Position numbers and translations under genes: made by a program. The notes under the pieces are model-generated. The model saw only the letters and a program-made list of their open reading frames with translations, was not told where the DNA came from and did no database searches. Positions 17,280 to 26,752 of a stretch of DNA of 64,000 nt are shown piece by piece. Numbering within the stretch: position 1 is the first letter of the stretch; each line of letters opens with the position of its first letter. The stretch lies in the IMG/VR virus record IMGVR_UViG_3300023174_000033, positions 1 through 64,000 of that record. The stretch is one strand, 5' to 3'.

Positions 17280-17969
17280 TTATTTATTATTCATATCCCA
17301 TTTATCCAAAACCTTTAAAGCTTCTTCTCTGGGTAAATCCCCTACCTCCTTACCATGTTCCTTGTAAAACTTAGCCTTCATTTGATTGTCCATTCCACGC
17401 TCGATAAAATGTTCATCCTTTAAGATTGGTTCAGACTTATAAGCTTTTGGTTCCTTTTTAATCTTCTTATGTAAACAAGGCGATTCAGTCCAAACGTGTA
17501 ATGTAACACCTTCTTCCTTAGACATCTGAATCAATTCTTCATAAGACAAGGATCCAACCATACCACTATCAATTAACTGCTGTTGATACTCAACTATTGG
17601 TAGATAATCCCAATTCTTAAAGAAAAGTTGCCCAAGTCCACCACTGCCTATTTGTTTTGTAAACCCAAATCTAGCACCTTCTTGTGGTATTATCTCAAAT
17701 GCATTTCCAAACTTATCATAATTATTATCAGCCGGTCTGAAAAACATATGTACAGATTTAGTAGGGTCTTGTATTCCAAACTTAGTTGACCAGTTAGTCA
17801 TGAATTTTCTATAATTTTCATCATACCACATATCCCCTAAATGAACCTTTCTTTGACTAGGGTCATCTATGTATTCATCCTTATCTGCCCTTGAACCTCT
17901 TATCAAGGTTTTGTTGAATACATCTGGGAAATTAGATTGGAAGTTTTCGAATAGTTTAATATGTTTCAT
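17280..17969 (-). CDS. Hypothetical protein, MKHIKLFE family
   Basis: N-terminal tag; C-terminal module shared with 8276-8944. Confidence 0.7.
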   Translation of the reverse strand: MKHIKLFENFQSNFPDVFNKTLIRGSRADKDEYIDDPSQRKVHLGDMWYDENYRKFMTNWSTKFGIQDPTKSVHMFFRPADNNYDKFGNAFEIIPQEGARFGFTKQIGSGGLGQLFFKNWDYLPIVEYQQQLIDSGMVGSLSYEELIQMSKEEGVTLHVWTESPCLHKKIKKEPKAYKSEPILKDEHFIERGMDNQMKAKFYKEHGKEVGDLPREEALKVLDKWDMNNK

Positions 17970-18018
17970 GATATTATATATATTCGCATCCTTTAATGAA
18001 TTCTTTTTATATAATTAT

Positions 18019-18591
18019 TCACTCATATAACCCTAAACCCATATACTTATGAAATGAGATAGAATATCTTTCTTCAGTTATCGTTTCATCTTGTTCTACA
18101 TCATGAGTAAATTCTGATTGGAATTCCCCACCCATATGAACCATTTCACCCATCACTAAAGGTATATCTTTTACTTTAATATCTGTGGTTTTATCAAAGA
18201 CTCTAAAGTTTCTCAACCCACCATAAGATATTAATAAGACGCCATTTAGTGGGTGGTTTTGACTATCAGAATGTTTTTCAATATATTGTGAACCATCTTT
18301 ATAATAGTTTATTATTATACCATTATAATCTGAATTAAACCTAACATTAATAAAATCAAGGATTTCTTTTAAAGCGGGTGTTAACTTTTGGGATTTGCAC
18401 ACCCTAAACTTCCCATACATATAATCTTCTGTAATAACATCAGAAAAGAAGCTAACCTTTCTGGTTGTAACATCTTCTAACTTATCTTTACACTCTTCTA
18501 TACACCTATCAAGTAAGTCAGTATTATTAACGGCATAGATGTTTAAAAAAGATGAATTGGTTTTAATCACTTCACTTTTCAACTGTATCAT
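18019..18591 (-). CDS. AlkB-family 2OG-Fe(II) dioxygenase
   Basis: N.Y.DG..I..HSD, ISYG..R.F, MGG.FQ..FTH and R.SISF motifs. Confidence 0.88.
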   Translation of the reverse strand: MIQLKSEVIKTNSSFLNIYAVNNTDLLDRCIEECKDKLEDVTTRKVSFFSDVITEDYMYGKFRVCKSQKLTPALKEILDFINVRFNSDYNGIIINYYKDGSQYIEKHSDSQNHPLNGVLLISYGGLRNFRVFDKTTDIKVKDIPLVMGEMVHMGGEFQSEFTHDVEQDETITEERYSISFHKYMGLGLYE

Positions 18592-18633
18592 ATATTATAT
18601 ATGATTTTAGTTAAGAAATGTCTGATTTAAAGT

Positions 18634-19236
18634 TTATTTTTTTCTGAAATCATCACTCCTTGAATAATAAGTTAATCCAGAGTTATCATGCCTAACATAA
18701 CCATAAAATGATAAGATTATACTAAATAAACCCCATACAACAAAACCCAATATCATGCCCAAAAAAGCTGTAACCTTAAAATCAAGAACCATAGTTGTTG
18801 AGAATAAACTTGTTAATAAATTTATTATTACCGCATTTGGAATACCACCAGTAAATAAGTTTATTTTACCATACTGCTTCAAACTATACATAATTTTCAC
18901 AGCTAAACTCTCACCATCCTTTAATTCATCTATATAGTATAATTTTTCATTTTTCATTTCTATACCTAAAATGCTAGACATCTTCATAAAGTTCTCCTTG
19001 GTTGGCTTTACTTCTGTTGTACCAAAATTCTCTTTTAGAAAATCTCTTATATTCTGAACCTCTTCTTCTGGTAACTCTAACTTACTTCCAAACTTAGATA
19101 CCATACTACTAATCATAGATTTACTTGATGAAAGTAAATCGCTTAATACTTCACCAGAATGTTTTACTACATCGGTTGGTAAAAATCCCATTTCAACCTC
19201 CTCGTTGAATTTTTTATAATTTGATAAGTGTTTCAT
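18634..19236 (-). CDS. Membrane protein, MKHL family; paralog of 32775-33410
   Basis: Likely start MKHLSNYKKFNEEVEMG; two C-terminal hydrophobic helices. Confidence 0.65.
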   Translation of the reverse strand: MKHLSNYKKFNEEVEMGFLPTDVVKHSGEVLSDLLSSSKSMISSMVSKFGSKLELPEEEVQNIRDFLKENFGTTEVKPTKENFMKMSSILGIEMKNEKLYYIDELKDGESLAVKIMYSLKQYGKINLFTGGIPNAVIINLLTSLFSTTMVLDFKVTAFLGMILGFVVWGLFSIILSFYGYVRHDNSGLTYYSRSDDFRKK

Positions 19237-19279
19237 AGAAGTAATTTTTTTTAACACTTTATATATTATTTTTTAAACC

Positions 19280-20005
19280 CTAAATATATTTAATAATCCC
19301 TAACCACCCCAATAACCTAATAATAGGATAAGTAGGGTCAAATTCAAACCATTTAACCCCAAAATTAGCCCTATTAGGTAGTTTGTGGTGGTTATTTTGA
19401 TATAACTCACCCATCATTAGAACATCAATAGCTAAAGAGTTCCTACTCTTATCATTATTGTCAAAGTTCTGATATCCATACATATGTCCAGACCAATTAA
19501 CTATAGCTCCATGTACCGGACCCATTAAGAAATGTATAGGTAATAATAAAAACAAATACCACATATCAGTTGGTACAAAACCCATATAAACCACTGTGTA
19601 AAATGTCCCCCACAAAACCCTACTGATCCAAGTATCTCCAATCCTTTCTATTAAGTTCCAAGAAGGTAAGTCTTTAGTTAGACTCCTATCTACTTCTTTA
19701 CCGTTTAATATACTATGATAAATATCCTTGGTCTTCCACATCATAGAAAATACATTACTTGATTCATGTGGTGTATGTGGATCCCTATCAGTATCCGAAT
19801 ACTTATGATGCATTCTATGTAGGACACCATAAGCCCTTGGACTTAAGTAAGATGAGCCTTGGGTTATATAGGTAAATATGTAAAAGAACTTCTCCCAGAA
19901 CTTATTCATTTTAAACATACCATGTGCGCCATAACGATGTAAGAAAAAGGTTTGGGAGAATAGGGATAGATACCAGTGGAGGATAAAGAATAAAATTATA
20001 ATCAT
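19280..20005 (-). CDS. Fatty acid (acyl-CoA/lipid) desaturase
   Basis: His boxes HRYGAH, HRMHH and QNNHH; DPH.P and EFDPT motifs. Confidence 0.92.
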   Translation of the reverse strand: MIIILFFILHWYLSLFSQTFFLHRYGAHGMFKMNKFWEKFFYIFTYITQGSSYLSPRAYGVLHRMHHKYSDTDRDPHTPHESSNVFSMMWKTKDIYHSILNGKEVDRSLTKDLPSWNLIERIGDTWISRVLWGTFYTVVYMGFVPTDMWYLFLLLPIHFLMGPVHGAIVNWSGHMYGYQNFDNNDKSRNSLAIDVLMMGELYQNNHHKLPNRANFGVKWFEFDPTYPIIRLLGWLGIIKYI

Positions 20006-20100
20006 AATCTTATATAATTATTGATACAACCTACCTTTTGACTATTTTTATTATTGTAAAGGTGGAAACAAAATTTGATTTAAGAATATAATTAACCTAT

Positions 20101-20661
20101 ATGGCAAACGATTGTTGGAATAAGGTAGTTATCACAGGAAGTGATGAAACCTTGGAAAAAATTAAAACCCGTTTTACTAGTTCGGAAAATGGTGTGTTCA
20201 CAATGAATAATTACCAAACCCTCTTTGATTCAGACGTATCTGATATGAGTGAGGATGATTTTGGTTCTAAACGATTTTCTCCTTCCGTTGAAATAGATGA
20301 TAAAAAATTGTATATCTCTGGCGATTCTGCTTGGTCTCCTATGACTGGATTATTTGAAAGAATCTGTGTTGAATATGGAGTTGAAGCCACTCTTGAATAT
20401 GATGAAATGGGCTACAACTTCGCCGGTAAAATTTCTTGGGATACAAATGGTGTTGAGAAAGAAAACATTGAATGGACTTATTGGGAAAAACAATACCTTT
20501 ACGATCAAGAAAATTTCTGGGAAGAAATGGAATGGAGATATGAGGAATATGATACATTTGATGAACTAGTTGAAAACTTTGAATTGGATAAATGGGAAAA
20601 TCCCCAAATCCTTGATTTGGATAAACTAAAAGAACAATACGAATCTGTTAATGACCTATAA
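20101..20661 (+). CDS. DUF1281/ferredoxin-like-fold phage protein
   Basis: MANxCxN, G.K and DSAWSP…L.Y.E.G..F.G pattern. Confidence 0.6.
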   Translation: MANDCWNKVVITGSDETLEKIKTRFTSSENGVFTMNNYQTLFDSDVSDMSEDDFGSKRFSPSVEIDDKKLYISGDSAWSPMTGLFERICVEYGVEATLEYDEMGYNFAGKISWDTNGVEKENIEWTYWEKQYLYDQENFWEEMEWRYEEYDTFDELVENFELDKWENPQILDLDKLKEQYESVNDL

Positions 20662-20665
20662 AAAC

Positions 20666-20691
20666 AAAACCCATCCTCAAGATGGGTTTTT
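20666..20691. terminator. Bidirectional intrinsic terminator
   Basis: AAAACCCATC-CTCAA-GATGGGTTTTT between convergent genes. Confidence 0.75.
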
Positions 20692-20988
20692 GAATAAATG
20701 AGGATTGAGTGGTTTACAACAATTCTTTATCAAACCTACAAGTCTTTCAACTACCTCAAAATCTAAATCAGTAACCTTACCCTCTGAATGTGTTGAGATT
20801 TTTATCCTCACTGTTTTACCTTCTAAACAAAAATAATCTGGATGATGATCTAATTCATTGAATACATCACAAGACTTTTTAATGAATTCCATAGCCTCAT
20901 AAATATCCTTGAAGTTGAAACTTTCCTCTAAAACAAGTCCATCTTTATCAAAAAATTCTTTCAAATATTTCATAATCCTACCAATCAT
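20677..20988 (-). CDS. Pterin-4a-carbinolamine dehydratase-like protein
   Basis: F.FKD..EA..F, DHHPD, STHSEG.VTDLD motifs. Confidence 0.85.
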   Translation of the reverse strand: MIGRIMKYLKEFFDKDGLVLEESFNFKDIYEAMEFIKKSCDVFNELDHHPDYFCLEGKTVRIKISTHSEGKVTDLDFEVVERLVGLIKNCCKPLNPHLFKNPS

Positions 20989-21085
20989 TTATTGAATAGT
21001 TTTCAAACTTTTTTAAATATATGATTAAGTATATATTTCATTTAAGAAATAATTAATATATAGATTTATAAAATTTTTTATAATC

Positions 21086-22237
21086 ATGATATATTTAAAA
21101 ACATTCAAAAATATACAAAAGCTTAATGAAGCCGAAACACCTACAACAGAAAAAGAGATTGGTGTAAAAACAAAACCGGAAAAGGGACCAGATGTTCCAG
21201 TGACTAGACAAGATATTGAAAAAGTTGGTAAAATGTTAGATGCGGATTATGATTCCTTCATAAAAGCATTAACTGGAGTATCAGGAATTCCATCATCTGA
21301 AACAGTAGCTGAAATTGACCCAAAAGTAAAAGCTGTTTTGAATATGGGACGTAGAGATAAAAATCTACAAGATGAAATTATTAAGTATAGCACACCACAA
21401 TTGAATGTTAAAGATCTTAAACCAACTCAATCACAAATCGGACTAGCAGATTCAATTGGGTTTATAGCTTTCAAAGATCCAAATGGTGCTAAAAGTTCTC
21501 TTTCAGGCGCATCCAACTTCGGTGGTGGTGCAATTTTAACTGCCGATAATAAATATATCCTAGACGGACATCATAGATGGAGTCAAGTATTTATGATAAA
21601 TCCTGATGCTACAATTCCTTGTGTGAATATTAATCTTAATGTTAGTAGTGGTGAAGAAGCACTGAAAGTTATTCAATTGGCAATCGCAGCTACTTATGGA
21701 GATCCAGATAAACCTGGCTCCTTATTTATGAAACCAGCAAGTGCAGTCACTGATTTATTTGACGATAGTATTACTGGACAAAAAGGTGAAAAAATACCTG
21801 AACTACTCAAAAGAATATTTAAAGGAGATCCCAAAGTTGTAAAAATGCCAAAGGGTGGAAATTTAGACAATGTTTCAATTTTTATGGATATATTGAAAGA
21901 AGCTTGGGATACAGATGATGATGGTGTTGTTGAAAAGTTAGCCAAACACGCAACGATGATTAAATCCTATAGACCAGAAAATGCACCAGCAAGGGCTATT
22001 ATGCCACAACCATCTGATACCGCTGATAAGTTGGGTAAACCAACCGATGATGGTCCGGGTAAAATGCCAGCTGCTGTTATTAATAAATTAACATCTGGTT
22101 CTTTGAATTTTAAGCAACCACTTACACCAGAAGATAGTACAAGAACACGTCAACAACTTGGACTAAAACAAAAATATGGAACTAAAACAGATCAAAAAGT
22201 AGTTGATAATTTCAACACCTTTCTTAAAAGAAATTAA
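21086..22237 (+). CDS. ParB/Srx-like domain protein with N-terminal tag
   Basis: LKPTQSQI and YILDGHHRW motifs. Confidence 0.7.
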   Translation: MIYLKTFKNIQKLNEAETPTTEKEIGVKTKPEKGPDVPVTRQDIEKVGKMLDADYDSFIKALTGVSGIPSSETVAEIDPKVKAVLNMGRRDKNLQDEIIKYSTPQLNVKDLKPTQSQIGLADSIGFIAFKDPNGAKSSLSGASNFGGGAILTADNKYILDGHHRWSQVFMINPDATIPCVNINLNVSSGEEALKVIQLAIAATYGDPDKPGSLFMKPASAVTDLFDDSITGQKGEKIPELLKRIFKGDPKVVKMPKGGNLDNVSIFMDILKEAWDTDDDGVVEKLAKHATMIKSYRPENAPARAIMPQPSDTADKLGKPTDDGPGKMPAAVINKLTSGSLNFKQPLTPEDSTRTRQQLGLKQKYGTKTDQKVVDNFNTFLKRN

Positions 22238-22241
22238 AATT

Positions 22242-22270
22242 AAAAACCCACTTTAAAGTGGGTTTTTTTT
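22242..22270. terminator. Bidirectional intrinsic terminator
   Basis: AAAAACCCACTTTAAAGTGGGTTTTTTTT. Confidence 0.8.
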
Positions 22271-22949
22271 ATTTTGAAAAATTTATAAACCCCTCAAATG
22301 TCATAACCTTTCTCTCGGTTACATTTGACAACATCGGAATCATTTTTTCCATCTCACCAATTGTTTCAACAGAATTCTTATGAAGGATTGCACTTCCACC
22401 AGCAGCAGTAAATACATTTACATACTTTGGTCTATCATCAATTAATAAACAACACTTATCCTTAACCACAGAAGCCTTATCAGTAGTTATAATAATCTTA
22501 TCAACCATATCACCAAAATTACTTTTAACCCAATCCTTTTTCTCTTGAACAGATGGATTACTTGGATCATTCTCATCACCAACTGGTGAAGAAAGAATAT
22601 TAGGTAATTGACCAGTTAACTCCTTAGCCTTCATAACCATTTCTTTAGCACCTTCCATTAAAGGTAAATTAGCATAAAAACCAGGCTTTGCAGCTATTGA
22701 AAATACTTTTGAAGTGTATTTATTGAAAGCCTTCTTTAATTCCTTTACAGGACTCTCTGGGTTTTTCTCTAACTCCGATTTGAACTTTGACTTGATATCA
22801 TCATCAACCAACCCTTTATAATCTTGAAACTTTGCTTCAATCAAATCATCCAATATCTTCCTTAAATCAACTAATTCTTTATTCTGCATTAACCCACCTT
22901 GCATATCGGCTAACACACCATCTAAATCAAAATAAACTATAACTTGCAT
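22269..22949 (-). CDS. HAD-family 5'(3')-deoxyribonucleotidase-like protein
   Basis: FDLDGVLAD, ILSSP, EKKDW and LLIDDRPK motifs; likely start MQVIVYF. Confidence 0.85.
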   Translation of the reverse strand: MQVIVYFDLDGVLADMQGGLMQNKELVDLRKILDDLIEAKFQDYKGLVDDDIKSKFKSELEKNPESPVKELKKAFNKYTSKVFSIAAKPGFYANLPLMEGAKEMVMKAKELTGQLPNILSSPVGDENDPSNPSVQEKKDWVKSNFGDMVDKIIITTDKASVVKDKCCLLIDDRPKYVNVFTAAGGSAILHKNSVETIGEMEKMIPMLSNVTERKVMTFEGFINFSK

Positions 22950-22950
22950 C

Positions 22951-23460
22951 TTATTTAAAATCATTTTTAGTAATATCCCCAATTGAACCAAATGAATCAG
23001 CTACACCAGGCATTTTCTTGTTCTCTACATTATTAGCGATTGTCATATGAAAAAACCTTTCTGGTTCTGGATTATCAATTCCTAAACGAGAATAAATCTC
23101 ATCTACATACTTTTTCAATTCTTCTTGATTTAATACCGCAACAACAAAACTCTTTTTTGAAGCTTCTGGCCTTTCAGCAATCGTCACATCACCCAATTCA
23201 ATCCTAGGTGGTTGAATATCCTTTGGTAAATCCGACTTTAAAACCCCCTTTATATCTTTACAAGACTTGATACTAGTTAATGTAATGTGCAATTTATCTT
23301 CTGGTAAAGCAAATAAATCACTGATGTTAGCTTCCTCTAGTATCTTCAATGCAGCTTCTTTTATTGAATTATCAACTTTTAAAAGTAAAGCCGCTTCAAA
23401 TATCAAATCAGTACCCATGCCACTTGACTCAAATAATTTGAATGATTTTAAATGTCTCAT
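22951..23460 (-). CDS. 2H phosphoesterase (Acb1/RNA ligase-like) with N-terminal tag
   Basis: Two HxT motifs: LHITL and FHMTI. Confidence 0.75.
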   Translation of the reverse strand: MRHLKSFKLFESSGMGTDLIFEAALLLKVDNSIKEAALKILEEANISDLFALPEDKLHITLTSIKSCKDIKGVLKSDLPKDIQPPRIELGDVTIAERPEASKKSFVVAVLNQEELKKYVDEIYSRLGIDNPEPERFFHMTIANNVENKKMPGVADSFGSIGDITKNDFK

Positions 23461-23500
23461 TTTTATAATTAGTTTTATTTATATATATATAATATAGACT

Positions 23501-24061
23501 ATGAAAAAGTTAATGAAATTTGAATTATATAAATCCACTTATATGTCTGCTGCTGATAATTTAGAACAAGGACATAAAAAGAGGTCAGAGGAATTAAAAA
23601 AACATGCTGCTGAAAAAGGCATAAGTGCTTTCGCTGGCAAAGAAGGATTTGATAGAATTTACGGACATCCGTTTGTTTTTCAAAATCAGTTTCCAAATAG
23701 AGAAAAATTCCTTGGTAAGTTTTTTATAACAGATTTTAAAGATCAATTATATGGTCGTTATAATCAATCATATCATGGTATAGGTGTTGTAATGAAATCT
23801 GATTATGGTAATACAATTCAGATTGATGTTGTTACTTCCCCAGATAAAGAATGGGTTAAAATGGATTTACAATATCAAATCGGAAATAGTGATAGGACAA
23901 CAGAAGAAAAGAATTTCCTTTTTGAAAATAGAAAAGATGCTTTGGAGTTCAGAAAATCACTTTTAGAATATGTGGAAGATGAATTATATGACTATGATGA
24001 AGCTTCTGAATATTTCAATTTAAAAACTATACCAATAAATAAACTCTATAAAACTGTATAG
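23501..24061 (+). CDS. Hypothetical protein with MKKLMKFE tag
   Basis: ORF, divergent from a shared TATATA element. Confidence 0.7.
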   Translation: MKKLMKFELYKSTYMSAADNLEQGHKKRSEELKKHAAEKGISAFAGKEGFDRIYGHPFVFQNQFPNREKFLGKFFITDFKDQLYGRYNQSYHGIGVVMKSDYGNTIQIDVVTSPDKEWVKMDLQYQIGNSDRTTEEKNFLFENRKDALEFRKSLLEYVEDELYDYDEASEYFNLKTIPINKLYKTV

Positions 24062-24184
24062 TAACCTATTCACTTTAACCATCAGGTCATAAAGTCAGTG
24101 AACTCTTCTGATATACCTTTCCTTGCAAAATATAACCTATTAAGAATTCCTTAAGTTTGTTGAATTATTATCAAATCCAAATTT

Positions 24185-26743
24185 TTAAGGTGGGCAAGTT
24201 CCCCATACTGGTTTTGGTAATGTCCATGCTGCCCCAGGTCCGGAGAATAATGATGGCACTGAAGGTATTAATGAAACACACCAGCCACTCAGATCTCTAT
24301 TGAATGCGCTTGCAAGAAAGAACATATTATCCATGTTTGTTACATTAGACGTATCCCAATTACCTATATTCTGATTGAAAATACTCGCACCCACAAACAT
24401 ACCATACATTGTAGTTACATTTGATGTGGTCCAAGAACCAATATTCTGATTGAAATTGGTTGCACTAGCAAACATATCACTCATACTTGTAACTTGTGAG
24501 GTGTTCCAAGAACTAATGTTACCATTAAATGATGGTGCCTGAGAGAACATTTCACTCATATCTGTAACTTGTGATGTGTTCCAACTATTAAGAGTATTAT
24601 TAAATGCGTTTGCACTATAGAACATACGACTCATGTTTGTAACAGACGAAGTATCCCATCCACTTATGTTTTGGTTGAATACATCAGCACCCTCGAACAT
24701 ACCACTCATATTTGTTACATTTGAAGTAGTCCAACTTCCAATATTTCTGTTGAACGATACTGCATTATTAAACATCCCACTCATATTATTTATGGTTGAT
24801 GTGTTCCAATTTCCGATATTCCCATTGAAACTTGAGGCGTTCCAAAACATGAGACTCAAATCAGTGACCTGACGAAGATTAGGGGCGTCCGTAGCTGAAT
24901 AAGTCATATTAACACAATCAGCAAAAGCCCCGTTAAGAGATCCTTTCCAATGATTGGTTCCCCATTGAACTATGTCAGTAACTTTGACCGCATCCGAGGA
25001 TCCAGCAAATTGTATTGATGGAAATACTTTAGTAATGCTGATACTAAATTTACTTCCAGTTGCAAAATTTATTGTATGATTTCCAGTGAGTCCTCTAACA
25101 GATCCCTTATTGCCTGATGTGATCAAATCCTGCCAAGTTACATTGTATCTGTATGAGTATCCGTATTGGTCGTAAGTCGGTATAGTGAAGTTTGAACCAC
25201 TACCTAGTGCAGTGTCAATATTGAAAATAAATGGACTTTGTGATGCTGAAAAGCCCCAATTTGGTTTTTGTAAGCCCCACGCTGAAGCTCCCGTTTTGAA
25301 ACCATCCGGTTCGGTCAACTTATTAGGAACCGACCATAAACTGAGATCTTGATTGAATGATGAAGCTCCATTGAACATACCATCCATATATGGTCCAGTA
25401 GCACCTTTTGAAACATCCCAGTATCCTATATCTTGATTGAATGAACTTGCACCGGAGAACATACCAAAAAAACTGGTACTTTTTGAAACTGTCCATCCGC
25501 TGATATCTTGATTGAATGATGGTGCATTGGAAAACATGCCAATCATGTTATTGGCTTGAGTTGTGTCCCAATTTGATATATCACCATTGAAAGCAATTGC
25601 TCCCGAGAACATATTTTGAAAGTTAAGGGTATTACTTGCAGTATATAAATTCCAAGTATTCAAATTTTGATTGAATGATTCTGCATTATAGAACATTCGG
25701 AAGAAACTTGAAACTTTTGTGACATTCCAAGCACTTATATCTTGGTTGAATGATATTGCTCCCTCAAACATAGCACTTACAGAAAAAACATTAGATACTG
25801 TCCAAGTTCCGATAGGCTGGTCAAATATAGAACATTCTTGGAACATATTGGCCAAAGTTACAGCACTTGTTAGATTCCAGTTACTGATATTTTGATTAAA
25901 CGATGAGCAACCATAGAACATTCCAGAAAATGTGTTAACATTACCAACATCCCAAGAACTCAAAGGTTGATCGAACGAGCTACATAAATAGAACATAAGT
26001 CCCATATTTTGTACAGAAGATACATTCCAAGAATTCAAAGGTTGATCAAACGAGCTACACAAATAGAACATTGATTGCATGGATGCAACATTTGAAACAA
26101 TCCAGCTAGAAATATCTTGATTAAACGGTATACATCCATAGAACATTTGTTCCATTAACGTTACACTTGAAACGTCCCAAGTTGTCACATCACCATTGAA
26201 TAAACTACATCCAGAAAACATACTAGTCATATCAGTGATCGTACTTGTGTCCCAACCACTCAAATCTGGATTTGTTATAGAACTACAATTTAAAAACGCT
26301 TCCACCATGCTAGTAACATTGGATAAATTTGGGTAATCTATAGCTGTAATTGTCATATTCAAACAACCAGAAAATGCACTGTTAAAACTTTCCCATACTA
26401 TATTGCCCCAATTTTCTATTCTAGTTAATTTTAGACAACTACCAGTATTTGCAAATTTTACAGATGGGTAGGTACCCGTAATTTTTATTCTCCATATACC
26501 TGGATTTGGTAAAATAAAATTAAGTCCACTATTTTGATTTGTATATAAACCATTATTTGATGGATTCCCAACCTCCTCATAGTATAGGTCAAAAAGATAT
26601 GTTAGTGTGTTATCATAAGGAATATCCAAACTTGGATTACCATCTCCCAAACTAGTATCAAATCGCATTACGAATTCTGGTCCAACATAAGGAGGTTCCT
26701 CTGAGGGACTAGAATCTATAATGCCGTGTAATAGTGAAATCAT
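24185..26743 (-). CDS. BspA/DUF285-repeat surface or fibre protein (two repeat blocks)
   Basis: Many ~25-aa FNQDISxWDVSxVTxMxxMF repeats. Confidence 0.92.
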   Translation of the reverse strand: MISLLHGIIDSSPSEEPPYVGPEFVMRFDTSLGDGNPSLDIPYDNTLTYLFDLYYEEVGNPSNNGLYTNQNSGLNFILPNPGIWRIKITGTYPSVKFANTGSCLKLTRIENWGNIVWESFNSAFSGCLNMTITAIDYPNLSNVTSMVEAFLNCSSITNPDLSGWDTSTITDMTSMFSGCSLFNGDVTTWDVSSVTLMEQMFYGCIPFNQDISSWIVSNVASMQSMFYLCSSFDQPLNSWNVSSVQNMGLMFYLCSSFDQPLSSWDVGNVNTFSGMFYGCSSFNQNISNWNLTSAVTLANMFQECSIFDQPIGTWTVSNVFSVSAMFEGAISFNQDISAWNVTKVSSFFRMFYNAESFNQNLNTWNLYTASNTLNFQNMFSGAIAFNGDISNWDTTQANNMIGMFSNAPSFNQDISGWTVSKSTSFFGMFSGASSFNQDIGYWDVSKGATGPYMDGMFNGASSFNQDLSLWSVPNKLTEPDGFKTGASAWGLQKPNWGFSASQSPFIFNIDTALGSGSNFTIPTYDQYGYSYRYNVTWQDLITSGNKGSVRGLTGNHTINFATGSKFSISITKVFPSIQFAGSSDAVKVTDIVQWGTNHWKGSLNGAFADCVNMTYSATDAPNLRQVTDLSLMFWNASSFNGNIGNWNTSTINNMSGMFNNAVSFNRNIGSWTTSNVTNMSGMFEGADVFNQNISGWDTSSVTNMSRMFYSANAFNNTLNSWNTSQVTDMSEMFSQAPSFNGNISSWNTSQVTSMSDMFASATNFNQNIGSWTTSNVTTMYGMFVGASIFNQNIGNWDTSNVTNMDNMFFLASAFNRDLSGWCVSLIPSVPSLFSGPGAAWTLPKPVWGTCPP

Positions 26744-26752
26744 ATTATTATT

